From a virus (lineage: Duplodnaviria > Caudoviricetes), in IMG/VR virus record IMGVR_UViG_3300010157_000065, positions 1 to 63,533 of that record: a stretch of DNA of 63,533 nucleotides; one strand, given 5' to 3'. Of this stretch, positions 21,879 through 30,473 are shown piece by piece (positions within the stretch are counted from its first letter, which is position 1; each line of letters begins with the position of its first letter). A program made the position numbers and the translations under genes. A model generated the notes under the pieces. That model ran no database searches and was not told the origin of the DNA. It saw only the letters and a program-made list of their open reading frames with translations.

Positions 21879-22375
21879 TTTGGAAGTCTTTTAATTACTG
21901 AGTTCATAACTGATTTTAATTGGTCTGCATAATCTGGAGCTGTTGCATATCCAGCTTTACTTATCTCTTCAAAAAATTTAACTGGATTATTTTTAACCAA
22001 TAAAGCTTTAGAGTATCTAGGATTTTTTAAAAAAAAACTTATGTGGTCCTCAAATCCTTCAGCTGGTGTTTTGTATTTTCTAAACCAATCTTTGACTGTG
22101 TATTTAAAAGTGCCGTTAGTTTGTTTTACTATGCTTATAACTTCAGGATATTTAACAGAGTCTTTTGAATGATACTCTGTTGTCGTAATTAATTGCTTGT
22201 CTTGTTTATTTCCTTCACTCCATTTAATACCAAAGAAATTATTTCCCAAAGCTTTCTTACCCCAACCACTTTCAAGCGCTCCTTGAGTAAGGGTTATTAA
22301 ATAATTAAACCCTGTTTCGTTCTCTACTTTTTTTGCTTCTGGTAAATATGTTTTAACAAATTCTTCTGGAGTCAT
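21875..22375 (-). CDS. Endolysin, GH73 glucosaminidase (FlgJ-like)
   Basis: QGALESGWG, NNFFGIK, FRKY, AGYATAPDY motifs. Confidence 0.9.
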   Translation of the reverse strand: MTPEEFVKTYLPEAKKVENETGFNYLITLTQGALESGWGKKALGNNFFGIKWSEGNKQDKQLITTTEYHSKDSVKYPEVISIVKQTNGTFKYTVKDWFRKYKTPAEGFEDHISFFLKNPRYSKALLVKNNPVKFFEEISKAGYATAPDYADQLKSVMNSVIKRLPK

Positions 22376-22383
22376 ATATTTTT

Positions 22384-22578
22384 TTATTTCTTAAATATTT
22401 TTTCAAATGCTGTAGCGGTTAAAGCCGTACCTGCTAATGCCGTAACAGCCTCTACTAATATATCTGTGTGAAATATAAACATAGCAACTATTAAAGACAA
22501 TGAACTTATGACCCCAATAAATCTCTTTGAACTATTAGGGTCTTGTGTGTTCAATAATGATTTTAAAAATTCAATCAT
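22384..22578 (-). CDS. Holin-like membrane protein
   Basis: SSKRFIG followed by two hydrophobic helices; upstream of endolysin. Confidence 0.65.
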   Translation of the reverse strand: MIEFLKSLLNTQDPNSSKRFIGVISSLSLIVAMFIFHTDILVEAVTALAGTALTATAFEKIFKK

Positions 22579-22732
22579 CTTTTTTTCCGTTTTTCCAATC
22601 AATTAACTTTAACAAAGTATATATTATAGATGCTACTAAAAGAAAAATTCTTAAAAATGTTTCTAACTTAGAAAATGACAATGTAAATGCTAACAAATTG
22701 ACCGAGTATATCCTTAAATCTTGTATATTCAT
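22571..22732 (-). CDS. Second small membrane protein (holin/antiholin candidate), 53 aa, not in ORF track
   Basis: MNIQDLRIYSVNLLAFTLSFSKLETFLRIFLLVASIIYTLLKLIDWKNGKKDD; overlaps the next start. Confidence 0.65.
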   Translation of the reverse strand: MNIQDLRIYSVNLLAFTLSFSKLETFLRIFLLVASIIYTLLKLIDWKNGKKDD

Positions 22733-22736
22733 TATT

Positions 22737-23021
22737 TTATGCACCAGTATTAGTTCTTAAAAAAGTAAGAAGCTGAGCATAAGTTAGAGTATCAAAATTA
22801 TCTCCTCCAGCTGAATCATAAATATCAAAACCCCCAGTTTTAATAATACCTCCCATTCCTCCTAAAACATAAAAATATAAATTTGGAGAAGGGTCTCCAT
22901 CTACATTTTCTATTCTATAGTATATGTATTTTGCTGGAAGGCATAATACTTCTTGTGATGTTACAAGATCTGTTACTACTATATAATTATTTGTTTTTGC
23001 TATTGAATATTGTGCTGCCAT
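22737..23021 (-). CDS. Hypothetical protein
   Basis: 94 aa, tightly packed in the late operon. Confidence 0.65.
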   Translation of the reverse strand: MAAQYSIAKTNNYIVVTDLVTSQEVLCLPAKYIYYRIENVDGDPSPNLYFYVLGGMGGIIKTGGFDIYDSAGGDNFDTLTYAQLLTFLRTNTGA

Positions 23022-23048
23022 TTTTTTATTTTTTGTTTTTAGTATTAT

Positions 23049-23300
23049 TTACTTTTTCTTTCCTCCACCTCTTGCTCTATTAGCTTTAGCACTCTCTAGT
23101 TTAGTTACCTTACCACCAAAATGAGATGCGTCTAATCCATCGCCATTTCCGTAAGTTCCTTTTTTTCTATTATAAGCATTAGCTTCCTCTCTTTTTTTTA
23201 TAGCAGATGGTTTTGAAGCAGCTTCTCTTGAGGTATCTCTATGTTTTTTTTTAGCCTCTGGATTATCTCTATAATACTTAGCTGTTCTTCCTAAAGGCAT
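23049..23300 (-). CDS. Small basic protein with degenerate HNH-like motif
   Basis: GDGLDASH...ESAKANRAR. Confidence 0.6.
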   Translation of the reverse strand: MPLGRTAKYYRDNPEAKKKHRDTSREAASKPSAIKKREEANAYNRKKGTYGNGDGLDASHFGGKVTKLESAKANRARGGGKKK

Positions 23301-23302
23301 TA

Positions 23303-23605
23303 TTACTTCATTTTCTTTTTAGCTACAACTATTGCAACTTTACCTTGCATTTTTTTAGCAGCAACTTTTTTAGCCATAAATTTAGCCTCTTCATTTTTCT
23401 TTACAGTTTTGCTCTCACCTTTCTCGTGTTTCATCATAACTGCTTTAGAAGGATATTTCTCTCCTGTTTTTTTCTCAACAATCATTGCTGTTTTTTTTGT
23501 ACTTGTTGTTTTCATTTTTTTGTTTTTGTCTAGGTTTTTTAATATATTAACTTGAGTTTCATTGAATCTCATTACTCTATGGTTTAAGGATAATCCTACA
23601 TCCAT
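23303..23605 (-). CDS. Small Lys-rich protein
   Basis: EKKTGEKYPSKAVMMKHEKGE; start may be internal. Confidence 0.6.
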   Translation of the reverse strand: MDVGLSLNHRVMRFNETQVNILKNLDKNKKMKTTSTKKTAMIVEKKTGEKYPSKAVMMKHEKGESKTVKKNEEAKFMAKKVAAKKMQGKVAIVVAKKKMK

Positions 23606-23784
23606 TATTTTTTTTTGTTTTGAGGCATTGATTTTTTAGGAAGTTCTTTTGGTCCTTTTCCTTTTACCTTTGATTTACCAGCTACTGATAATGCAATAGC
23701 AATAGCTTGAGCTTTAGACTTTCCATGAGACATTTCAGTCTTGATGTTTTTCCCTACGTTTTCTCTTCCTTTTAATAGTGGCAT
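23605..23784 (-). CDS. Small basic protein, 59 aa, not in ORF track
   Basis: MPLLKGRENVGKNIKTEMSHGKSKAQAIAIALSVAGK..., a common phage motif. Confidence 0.7.
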   Translation of the reverse strand: MPLLKGRENVGKNIKTEMSHGKSKAQAIAIALSVAGKSKVKGKGPKELPKKSMPQNKKK

Positions 23785-23804
23785 AATTTTTATTTTTATA
23801 TTTT

Positions 23805-24473
23805 TTAATTGTAAACTCTAATTTCTATAGATTTATTTACTAAACCATTTGTTCTTCCATTTTTGTCACATAAAAGAAATTCTATGTAATCAACAAATTG
23901 TTCTTCTCCATAGACTGTTAATTGTGCTATTTGTGGTGATTCTGTAATGTTATAGTTTTCAGGACCTATAAATACAATTGTTTTTCCAATTGTAAATAAA
24001 TTATTGGAATTTAAAACATAATCTCCAACATTATTATATATCCACCATACATTACCAATAGTATTTTCTAATACTTTTACAGTTGGAGATCCTGTATCAT
24101 ATCGTAAATATACATTTATTCCCCAACTACTAGGAACTTCTCCTGTTGCTACAAAATAAGTTCCAAAAGCATTACTTGGAGCACCAACATTTGTAAAGTC
24201 GTGATTAGCTCCTCCTCCATCATCTATAATTTGATATGTAGTACCAATAGTTAAATTGGTTTGATATAAAGGTTGTAAAGAACTTGTTCCACTCTGTGTT
24301 AATAAAGCTGTAAATACTTTATACTTTAATTCTCCACTTCTAACATAGTTTCTAAGATCTCCTAAAGTAAAGTTTTTAGTTTTATTCAAATCATTACCTA
24401 TTGATCCATCTGTTCCAATCAATGTATCGGCATCATTTAATTCAGTATCTAATAAATAGTTTTGTATCTTCAT
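23805..24473 (-). CDS. Structural protein with tail-fibre-type N-terminal anchor
   Basis: MKIQNY..D...DTLIGTD N-term; YKVFTALLTQSGT...VLENTIG...IEIRVYN module. Confidence 0.65.
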   Translation of the reverse strand: MKIQNYLLDTELNDADTLIGTDGSIGNDLNKTKNFTLGDLRNYVRSGELKYKVFTALLTQSGTSSLQPLYQTNLTIGTTYQIIDDGGGANHDFTNVGAPSNAFGTYFVATGEVPSSWGINVYLRYDTGSPTVKVLENTIGNVWWIYNNVGDYVLNSNNLFTIGKTIVFIGPENYNITESPQIAQLTVYGEEQFVDYIEFLLCDKNGRTNGLVNKSIEIRVYN

Positions 24474-24476
24474 TTT

Positions 24477-24635
24477 TTATTTTTTATATGGGAACTTTTT
24501 ATTTAAAACTTTTTTTCTTTTTTCGCAATCTCCACAATCTTTTCCTCCATTCATTTTTTTAACCAATGGTTTAATTCCAGTGAATTTAGTTAGTTTTTCT
24601 ACAGTATCACCCAATCCTTTACTTTTTTTTGCCAT
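24477..24635 (-). CDS. Small basic Cys-containing protein, 52 aa, not in ORF track
   Basis: SKGLGDTVEKLTKFTGIK...DCGDCEKRKKVLN. Confidence 0.7.
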   Translation of the reverse strand: MAKKSKGLGDTVEKLTKFTGIKPLVKKMNGGKDCGDCEKRKKVLNKKFPYKK

Positions 24636-24637
24636 AA

Positions 24638-24946
24638 TTATTTTTTATTTTTAAATCTTTCTCCAACTCCAGAAGTCCTTCCTTCTCTATATACTTTAGA
24701 TTTAGGACTCCACAAGTCGTGCATAGACCAATATCCAGCTGTCAATTTAGATTGCTCTCCTTCTCCAGCGTGTCTCTTTCTATATTGCTTTCTTGCTTCA
24801 GAACTATAGTTTGAACTATATCCTTTAGCTCCATATCTAACTATTTTTTCTTCTCCTCCAGAACAAGCCTTAACTACTCTTTTGTGCTTACCATCGTTAG
24901 CAGGTCTAGGTTTGTTGCAAGGCATATTCTTTTTATCTATTGGCAT
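24638..24946 (-). CDS. Small basic protein
   Basis: CNKP...KACSGGEEKIVRYG...YRKRH...TAGYWS motif. Confidence 0.7.
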   Translation of the reverse strand: MPIDKKNMPCNKPRPANDGKHKRVVKACSGGEEKIVRYGAKGYSSNYSSEARKQYRKRHAGEGEQSKLTAGYWSMHDLWSPKSKVYREGRTSGVGERFKNKK

Positions 24947-24968
24947 AAATATGTTTTTTTAATCTGTG

Positions 24969-24999
24969 CAAAGTTACATATTTTTTTATTTTACATTTG
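24969..24999. promoter_or_regulatory. Divergent back-to-back -7 promoters
   Basis: TAACTTTG on minus (24969-24976) and TACATTTG on plus (24992-24999). Confidence 0.65.
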
Positions 25000-25021
25000 C
25001 ATATAAATTTAATTCAATAGT

Positions 25022-25567
25022 ATGGGAAGAATAGCAGGAAGAAGAAGAATGTACAAAAAAGGAGAGAGAAAGTACACCGTTCAAAAATTAAAAACAGTAG
25101 CAAGAAAACCTAATTACTTATACTCAGAGAAGGCATCTACATACCTAAAGTATATTCGTGTTGTAAGAAAGTACATACAGAAAAAATATGAGCTTAGCAT
25201 ATCTGAATTAGAGTTGGTCTTATATCTTTATGATGAGAGTATATTTGATAATAAAACTTTTGTAGAGTATTCTTCTATACTAGGTTTCTCAACTATAGAT
25301 TGGTTACACCGTTTGAAAGAAAGAGGGATAGTGAAGAAGTGGAGAGATGAGCCTGGATATAAAAGATTATATACATTAACTCACAAATATAAGATTGCTT
25401 GTAATAAACTATATAAACACCTTGAAGGAGAGCCTATACCTACTAATGTAAATCAAAACCCTTTGTTTAAAGTGTCTGCATCTTATAGTGATAAATTGTA
25501 TGCAAGGTTAATAAAACAGATGAATAGAAAAAGAGAGGAAGGAAAAAAGAATCCAGACCTCTCTTAA
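25022..25567 (+). CDS. Winged-helix (MarR-like) transcription regulator
   Basis: LSISELELVLYLY...LHRLKERGIVKKWR...LYTLT; counter-oriented in the late arm. Confidence 0.6.
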   Translation: MGRIAGRRRMYKKGERKYTVQKLKTVARKPNYLYSEKASTYLKYIRVVRKYIQKKYELSISELELVLYLYDESIFDNKTFVEYSSILGFSTIDWLHRLKERGIVKKWRDEPGYKRLYTLTHKYKIACNKLYKHLEGEPIPTNVNQNPLFKVSASYSDKLYARLIKQMNRKREEGKKNPDLS

Positions 25568-25588
25568 TGATACCAACTTCAGAAGAAA

Positions 25589-25750
25589 CTATTTATCTTC
25601 TAACACCTCTTCTGTAGGTTGTGTTTTCATAGCTAACAAAACATTCAATGCGTCATTAACCACCGCAGAGTCTTTTAAATTAAAAACTCCTTTTTGAGCA
25701 GATATATTTAATGCTTGCTCGATAACTGTAATTGCTTGATCTAAATTCAT
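25589..25750 (-). CDS. Hypothetical protein, 53 aa, not in ORF track
   Basis: MNLDQAITVIEQALNISAQKGVFNLKDSAVV...; follows groES. Confidence 0.6.
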   Translation of the reverse strand: MNLDQAITVIEQALNISAQKGVFNLKDSAVVNDALNVLLAMKTQPTEEVLEDK

Positions 25751-25771
25751 TTTTATTTATTTATTTATTAA

Positions 25772-26032
25772 TTAAAGTACTATTCTAATGTCATTCTCGC
25801 TAATGACTAGGTATTTTCCGCCTTCTATTCTTAATTCACTAGCATTAGTTTTATCGTAGTAAATTTTATCTCCAGGTTGAATACCTTTAACCAAATCACC
25901 TGTTAGAAATACATCGGCAAGTTTATACCGTATCTCTCTATCGTTTGCTTCAGTTATTACTAAACCAACTTTGTTTTTAACCTCCTCTTTAATTGGGGAG
26001 ATAACTATTGTTCTTCCAAATGCTTTTGCCAT
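25772..26032 (-). CDS. groES: Co-chaperonin GroES
   Basis: Mobile loop VGLVI, GIQPGDKIYY, EGGKYLVISENDI. Confidence 0.85.
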   Translation of the reverse strand: MAKAFGRTIVISPIKEEVKNKVGLVITEANDREIRYKLADVFLTGDLVKGIQPGDKIYYDKTNASELRIEGGKYLVISENDIRIVL

Positions 26033-27630
26033 TACCCTTGTCTTTTATTAGTTATTGTAGCCTCTGTAGTCAATAAAATAGAGGAAACAGATACTGCATT
26101 CTCAACAGCATTACGAACAACCTTAGTCGCATCAATAACACCCATTTTAAACATATCCCCACATTCTTCTGTAATTACGTTATATCCATATCCTTTGGTA
26201 TCCTCTTTAAATATATCTGCTAATATTTCATCTACACCAACACCAGCATTTTTTAATATTTGGTCAAATGGAGAATGTAAAGCAGACATTATTGAAAAGT
26301 ATCCTTTATTGAAATCGCTTTGAGAATTTAATTCAAATGGGTCTTTAAACATTTTTAAGCCATTAAAAACATCAATCAATGCTATTCCTCCTCCAGGCAA
26401 AATTCCTTCTTCTAACGCAGCCTTTGTAGCTTTAATCGCATCATCAACTCTATCTTTCTTCTCCTTCATTTCAACCTCGCTATTAGCCCCTACTTTTACT
26501 ACAGCAATCCCACCACATAATCTGCCAAGTCTGTCTTCGTAGTGCCATAGGTCTAGTTTGTTTTCAGAGAGTGAGATAGATTCTCTTACGTTAGAAACAC
26601 GAGCCTCAATATCATCTATGTACTTCTCTCTATCTGTAATAAGAATAGTTTGGTGTACATCAGAAATACATTTAAAAGCCTCTCCTAAGTAAGATGCGTC
26701 AATAGTAGATAAATCATTCCCTGTTTCATCAGATGCAAGTGTAGCTCCTGTTAATGCACATAGGTCCTCTAGTAATTCAAACCTTTTGATACCAAATCCT
26801 TCAGGTGAAACCACATTAACTTTAATTACTCCTTTAGCTTTGTTTACGTTCAAAGTATTCATAACACCATCTTCAACATCAGAGATAATCAAGAGGCTTC
26901 TTTTGTTTTGCATAGCAGCCTCACATATTGGAAGAATATCCTCAAGACTTTTAATTTCTTGGTCTGAGATAAATACTAATGGGTTTTCTAACACACACTC
27001 TTGTTTCTGTTGGTTTGTTATTAAATAAGGAGAGTTATACCCCTTCTTAATTTTAGTTCCATCAATAACTTCAACGTATGTTTTAGAAGACATACTTTCC
27101 TCCATAGTTACAACACCATCAACACCAACTTTTAAGTAAGCACTTGCAATAATATCACCCAGCTCACTATCATTATTAGCTGAGATTCTAGCTACGCTTT
27201 TAAGGGTCTTGTTGTTTACCTTCTTACTTTGTTTTTTCAACGCTTCAACAATGTCGTTTGAAGCCATCTGCATACCCTTTTTAAACTGAGAGATATTTGT
27301 CTTTTCATCAATTAATGTAATTGCTTTGTTTACAATGCTTTGTGTTAATACTGCTGTGGTTGTAGTTCCATCGCCTGCGTTATCAGCACTTCTTATAGAT
27401 GCTTGCTTGATAATACTTGCTCCTAGATTTTCTGTGGGATCAGATAGATTAATAGACTTTGCTACTGTAACACCATCTTTTGAAAGGTGAGGAAGACCTC
27501 TCTCATCTTCTATTGCAACATTTCTTCCTGCTGCACCTAATGTAACTTTTACTGCGTTTGCAACAATGTTTACACCGTTAATTAATTTTTCTTTGGCATC
27601 ATCTCCAAAGAGGATTTCTTTTTCAATCAT
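26032..27630 (-). CDS. groEL: Chaperonin GroEL
   Basis: KDGVTVAK, GDGTTT, ISANND, EKKDRVDDA, GILPGGG; no GGM tail. Confidence 0.97.
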   Translation of the reverse strand: MIEKEILFGDDAKEKLINGVNIVANAVKVTLGAAGRNVAIEDERGLPHLSKDGVTVAKSINLSDPTENLGASIIKQASIRSADNAGDGTTTTAVLTQSIVNKAITLIDEKTNISQFKKGMQMASNDIVEALKKQSKKVNNKTLKSVARISANNDSELGDIIASAYLKVGVDGVVTMEESMSSKTYVEVIDGTKIKKGYNSPYLITNQQKQECVLENPLVFISDQEIKSLEDILPICEAAMQNKRSLLIISDVEDGVMNTLNVNKAKGVIKVNVVSPEGFGIKRFELLEDLCALTGATLASDETGNDLSTIDASYLGEAFKCISDVHQTILITDREKYIDDIEARVSNVRESISLSENKLDLWHYEDRLGRLCGGIAVVKVGANSEVEMKEKKDRVDDAIKATKAALEEGILPGGGIALIDVFNGLKMFKDPFELNSQSDFNKGYFSIMSALHSPFDQILKNAGVGVDEILADIFKEDTKGYGYNVITEECGDMFKMGVIDATKVVRNAVENAVSVSSILLTTEATITNKRQG

Positions 27631-27654
27631 AGTTTTAATTTAATTTAATTTGTT

Positions 27655-27789
27655 TTATTCCCAAGTAAGTTTTAATTTAAAAATAAAGAAGTAAACTCCT
27701 ACTTCGTTGTAATCATATTCTTGGTCTTTGTAGTAAAAGTCAAAACCAAATAGGCAAAGTTGTGGGGAGATTTCTAATTCTATTTCCAT
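27655..27789 (-). CDS. Hypothetical protein, 44 aa, not in ORF track
   Basis: MEIELEISPQLCLFGFDFYY...KLTWE between promoter and groEL. Confidence 0.5.
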   Translation of the reverse strand: MEIELEISPQLCLFGFDFYYKDQEYDYNEVGVYFFIFKLKLTWE

Positions 27790-27816
27790 ATTTATATTTA
27801 ATTTAATTTAACCTTG

Positions 27817-27847
27817 CAAATATATATAATTTATTTCAATATATTTG
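27817..27847. promoter_or_regulatory. Divergent -7 promoters
   Basis: TATATTTG on minus (27817-27824) and on plus (27840-27847). Confidence 0.6.
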
Positions 27848-27872
27848 TGTTTTAATATCAAACCAAATAAAA

Positions 27873-28082
27873 ATGTACCAACAATTCATAGATAAGTGTG
27901 AAGAATTACTTTTAAACTTCAAAGAAACAGGAGAGATTGAATCATTATTACTCTTAGAATCATATTTATCAAACTTCTTAGATTACGCTGTAGATGATTA
28001 CTTAGATGAAATCAATGACTCTAATACCACTCATTCAGTACCTGCCTCACATTTTAATTGGAACTCAAATAACACTTTATAA
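27873..28082 (+). CDS. Small acidic hypothetical protein
   Basis: Own promoter and A-rich start context. Confidence 0.5.
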   Translation: MYQQFIDKCEELLLNFKETGEIESLLLLESYLSNFLDYAVDDYLDEINDSNTTHSVPASHFNWNSNNTL

Positions 28083-28299
28083 ACTTCCCATCTTTATCAT
28101 ACAGTTTATCTAGTTTAAACTTATCATCAATGTGTTCTATGATATTATCTAGGTTAATTGTTTGAAACAACATCTGAAACTTGTTTACATTCATATCTGG
28201 GTCTTGAGAGTTATCCATATAGTGTTTGTAAAACCACATAAGGTCGTAATTACCTGTGTTACGCATCTCAATGTATTTTTCTATTTCTTGTGTTTTCAT
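28054..28299 (-). CDS. Hypothetical protein
   Basis: 81 aa, ATGA-coupled to upstream gene. Confidence 0.65.
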   Translation of the reverse strand: MKTQEIEKYIEMRNTGNYDLMWFYKHYMDNSQDPDMNVNKFQMLFQTINLDNIIEHIDDKFKLDKLYDKDGKFIKCYLSSN

Positions 28300-28544
28300 A
28301 GTTTTTCTATTTCTTCTCTAACGTTATACCAAAACCCTTTACCCAATCCAACTTCAGGCAAACCATTTATTAATGATTTTATTATTTCATTAACACAAAT
28401 TAAAGCACATTGTTTAGAATTAAATCTACCTATTTCCATAGTCATTTTATCAAATAACTCTTGTGCTTTTTCTTTTGCTTTCTCTCTTGCTTTTTCAAGT
28501 CTTATTTCGTGAGCTTTAATAAACTCTTCTTTGTCTTTATTCAT
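28296..28544 (-). CDS. KEKAxEL...KQCAL...EIEKL family small protein
   Basis: Paralog of 46275..46475. Confidence 0.7.
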   Translation of the reverse strand: MNKDKEEFIKAHEIRLEKAREKAKEKAQELFDKMTMEIGRFNSKQCALICVNEIIKSLINGLPEVGLGKGFWYNVREEIEKL

Positions 28545-28801
28545 AGGTTTTCTATTTTATCTACGTCTATTAATGCTCCCATTTTTATTTCTCCATCAAC
28601 AATATTAATTATTAAATCGCAATTATTTTCTTTTTTAAAAGCTTTTATTTTATAATTAAACATATCTTGTAGATATACTGCGTTAGTAAATATTGACTCG
28701 TATTTTTCATCAATATTATTCAAATTGTTTTTTTCTCTCCATTCTTTCACTCTTGCGTTGTGAGTTTCTATAAAATGTTTTTCGTGCTCTTCTATATTCA
28801 T
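28541..28801 (-). CDS. Hypothetical protein
   Basis: 86 aa, coupled overlap; N-term resembles that of 28296..28544 (FIxxHxxR). Confidence 0.65.
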   Translation of the reverse strand: MNIEEHEKHFIETHNARVKEWREKNNLNNIDEKYESIFTNAVYLQDMFNYKIKAFKKENNCDLIINIVDGEIKMGALIDVDKIENL

Positions 28802-28804
28802 AAT

Positions 28805-29716
28805 TTATTTATTTAATTGTTTTAACCATTTGTTATATTCGTCTAAAGCATTTTGTACATCATCTTCATCCCATAAATTGTAAACCGTATTGATGTGCAA
28901 CTCTGATTTTTTAGATACACTTCTTTTAGTTAATCTACTTTCTAAAACTTCTTTGAATGATGATATAGCGTGAGTTATTTTCATTACGTTACATCCCTTT
29001 ATAAATTCTTGGTATGAGTGCGTTGAAAACATAGAGTAGTTGTAGTTGTCTATATCTTTTTTAAACATAAAGTACAATCTTTTAACTGTTGATTCAGAAA
29101 CCATACTAACTTTAGATATATCTTTTATAGTTAAGAAAGTATTATCATCATTACCTAATTCAATTAATAAATCAATAGCTCTCTCTATATTGTGTATTGA
29201 TTCTATTCTTTTAGACTTATTGTAATGAGACATTACTACTTTTGATTTTCCATCATATATCTTTCCCTCAATCTCCCTATCTTTCTTACCAATCTTATCA
29301 TAAGGTTTAACCCAAAAGAATTTTTTTGTTACAGGAGATATTTCATATAAACCTTCTCTAACCGTATTTATGTTGTCTAGTATTACTCCTCTATCAGCTA
29401 TCAATTCTTTGGTATCAAAAAACTCCACACACAACAAATTCATATACTTAAAAAGAATAGATTGTTCTATGTCTGGATTCAAATAAGACAATACACCAGC
29501 TATTCTAAAAGCATTAGAGAAATTACCCCTTGATAATGATGTGTGAGCAGAAAATGAATCATACCCATCTTCTATGTAATAAGAGACCAGAGTGCCATTA
29601 TGTATTACTTCTTTACCAACTCTTTTAGCTTCCTCTAAATCTATCCCATCCCATCTTAATACCAATTTGTATTTAGATAAATAATCTCCACTAGTTTTTA
29701 ATTCTTCTGTTTTCAT
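28805..29716 (-). CDS. Protein with two C-terminal HTH-like motifs
   Basis: TIKDISKVSMVSESTVKRLY and TKRSVSKKSELHINTVYNLW; ATG 5 nt after promoter 29722-29729. Confidence 0.6.
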   Translation of the reverse strand: MKTEELKTSGDYLSKYKLVLRWDGIDLEEAKRVGKEVIHNGTLVSYYIEDGYDSFSAHTSLSRGNFSNAFRIAGVLSYLNPDIEQSILFKYMNLLCVEFFDTKELIADRGVILDNINTVREGLYEISPVTKKFFWVKPYDKIGKKDREIEGKIYDGKSKVVMSHYNKSKRIESIHNIERAIDLLIELGNDDNTFLTIKDISKVSMVSESTVKRLYFMFKKDIDNYNYSMFSTHSYQEFIKGCNVMKITHAISSFKEVLESRLTKRSVSKKSELHINTVYNLWDEDDVQNALDEYNKWLKQLNK

Positions 29717-29729
29717 AGGTACAAATATA

Positions 29730-30470
29730 CAACATATTTTCCACATTATATACATAAGTTACTAATAAATAAAAAGTATACAAGAGTGGTATCACTCATC
29801 ATATAAGTTAGCCTTATAGAATGGTTGAGACCTATGTTGTATGTTTTTTTAGAATACCACATATCAGTAAGTTTTAGGTTATACCCCATTCTCCACCCTC
29901 TCACCTCTCCCCATAACCGAATATATTTCACCCCCCCCATAATTATAATTACATTTTGATTTTAAACTTTTTGCCTTTTTTCCTCCTATATATGTAACCG
30001 TAAATAAATAACCCTGTTTTAATTTTATAGGTTTTTTTTAGTAGGTCCATTTTGCGATACCTTGAAAAAAGTTTTTTTAGATGGTCCAAAAGGTTGTGTT
30101 AAACCAGCTCTAAATTCTAAAAACAGTTAATTTGTTTAAATAATCAATTTACATTATTATGTTTTCATAGTTTATATATTATGCTGCAATAGTTTAAATA
30201 GTGTTTATATTACATTATATATATGTTTTCGTTGTCCTTATATATATACGTGTTTTAATAGTTTTATATGTTAATTATTTTAAATTGGATTAAAAAATTA
30301 TATCCTTGATACTCAACAACTTACAAAATACTTTTATTTAATTATGTTAAAGTTTTGTTAAAAATTTGGAAATAACATTTTAACCGCCGTATATTTGTAC
30401 CGTTGCAATGAAGCAACAAAAAACATATTATAACTAAATTAGTTTTCGGAGCTTTTTAAAACCGACTAAA
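29730..30470. other. AT-rich non-coding divergence region between the two transcription arms (candidate genome end / control region)
   Basis: No credible ORF; homopolymer runs (C8, T7), repeated GTTTTTTTAG..GGTCCA. Confidence 0.55.
30365..30397 (+). promoter_or_regulatory. Early promoter (-33 TTTG, -7 TATATTTG)
   Basis: Both Bacteroidota elements with ~21-nt spacing. Confidence 0.7.
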
Positions 30471-30473
30471 AAA

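Noticed and set aside
27631-27812. TAAAT/ATTTA pentamer runs upstream of many start codons
   Set aside because: Consistent with ordinary AT-rich Bacteroidota translation-initiation regions
29746-29940. 64-aa ORF in the track
   Set aside because: Starts in a homopolymer run, atypical composition, lies in the control region
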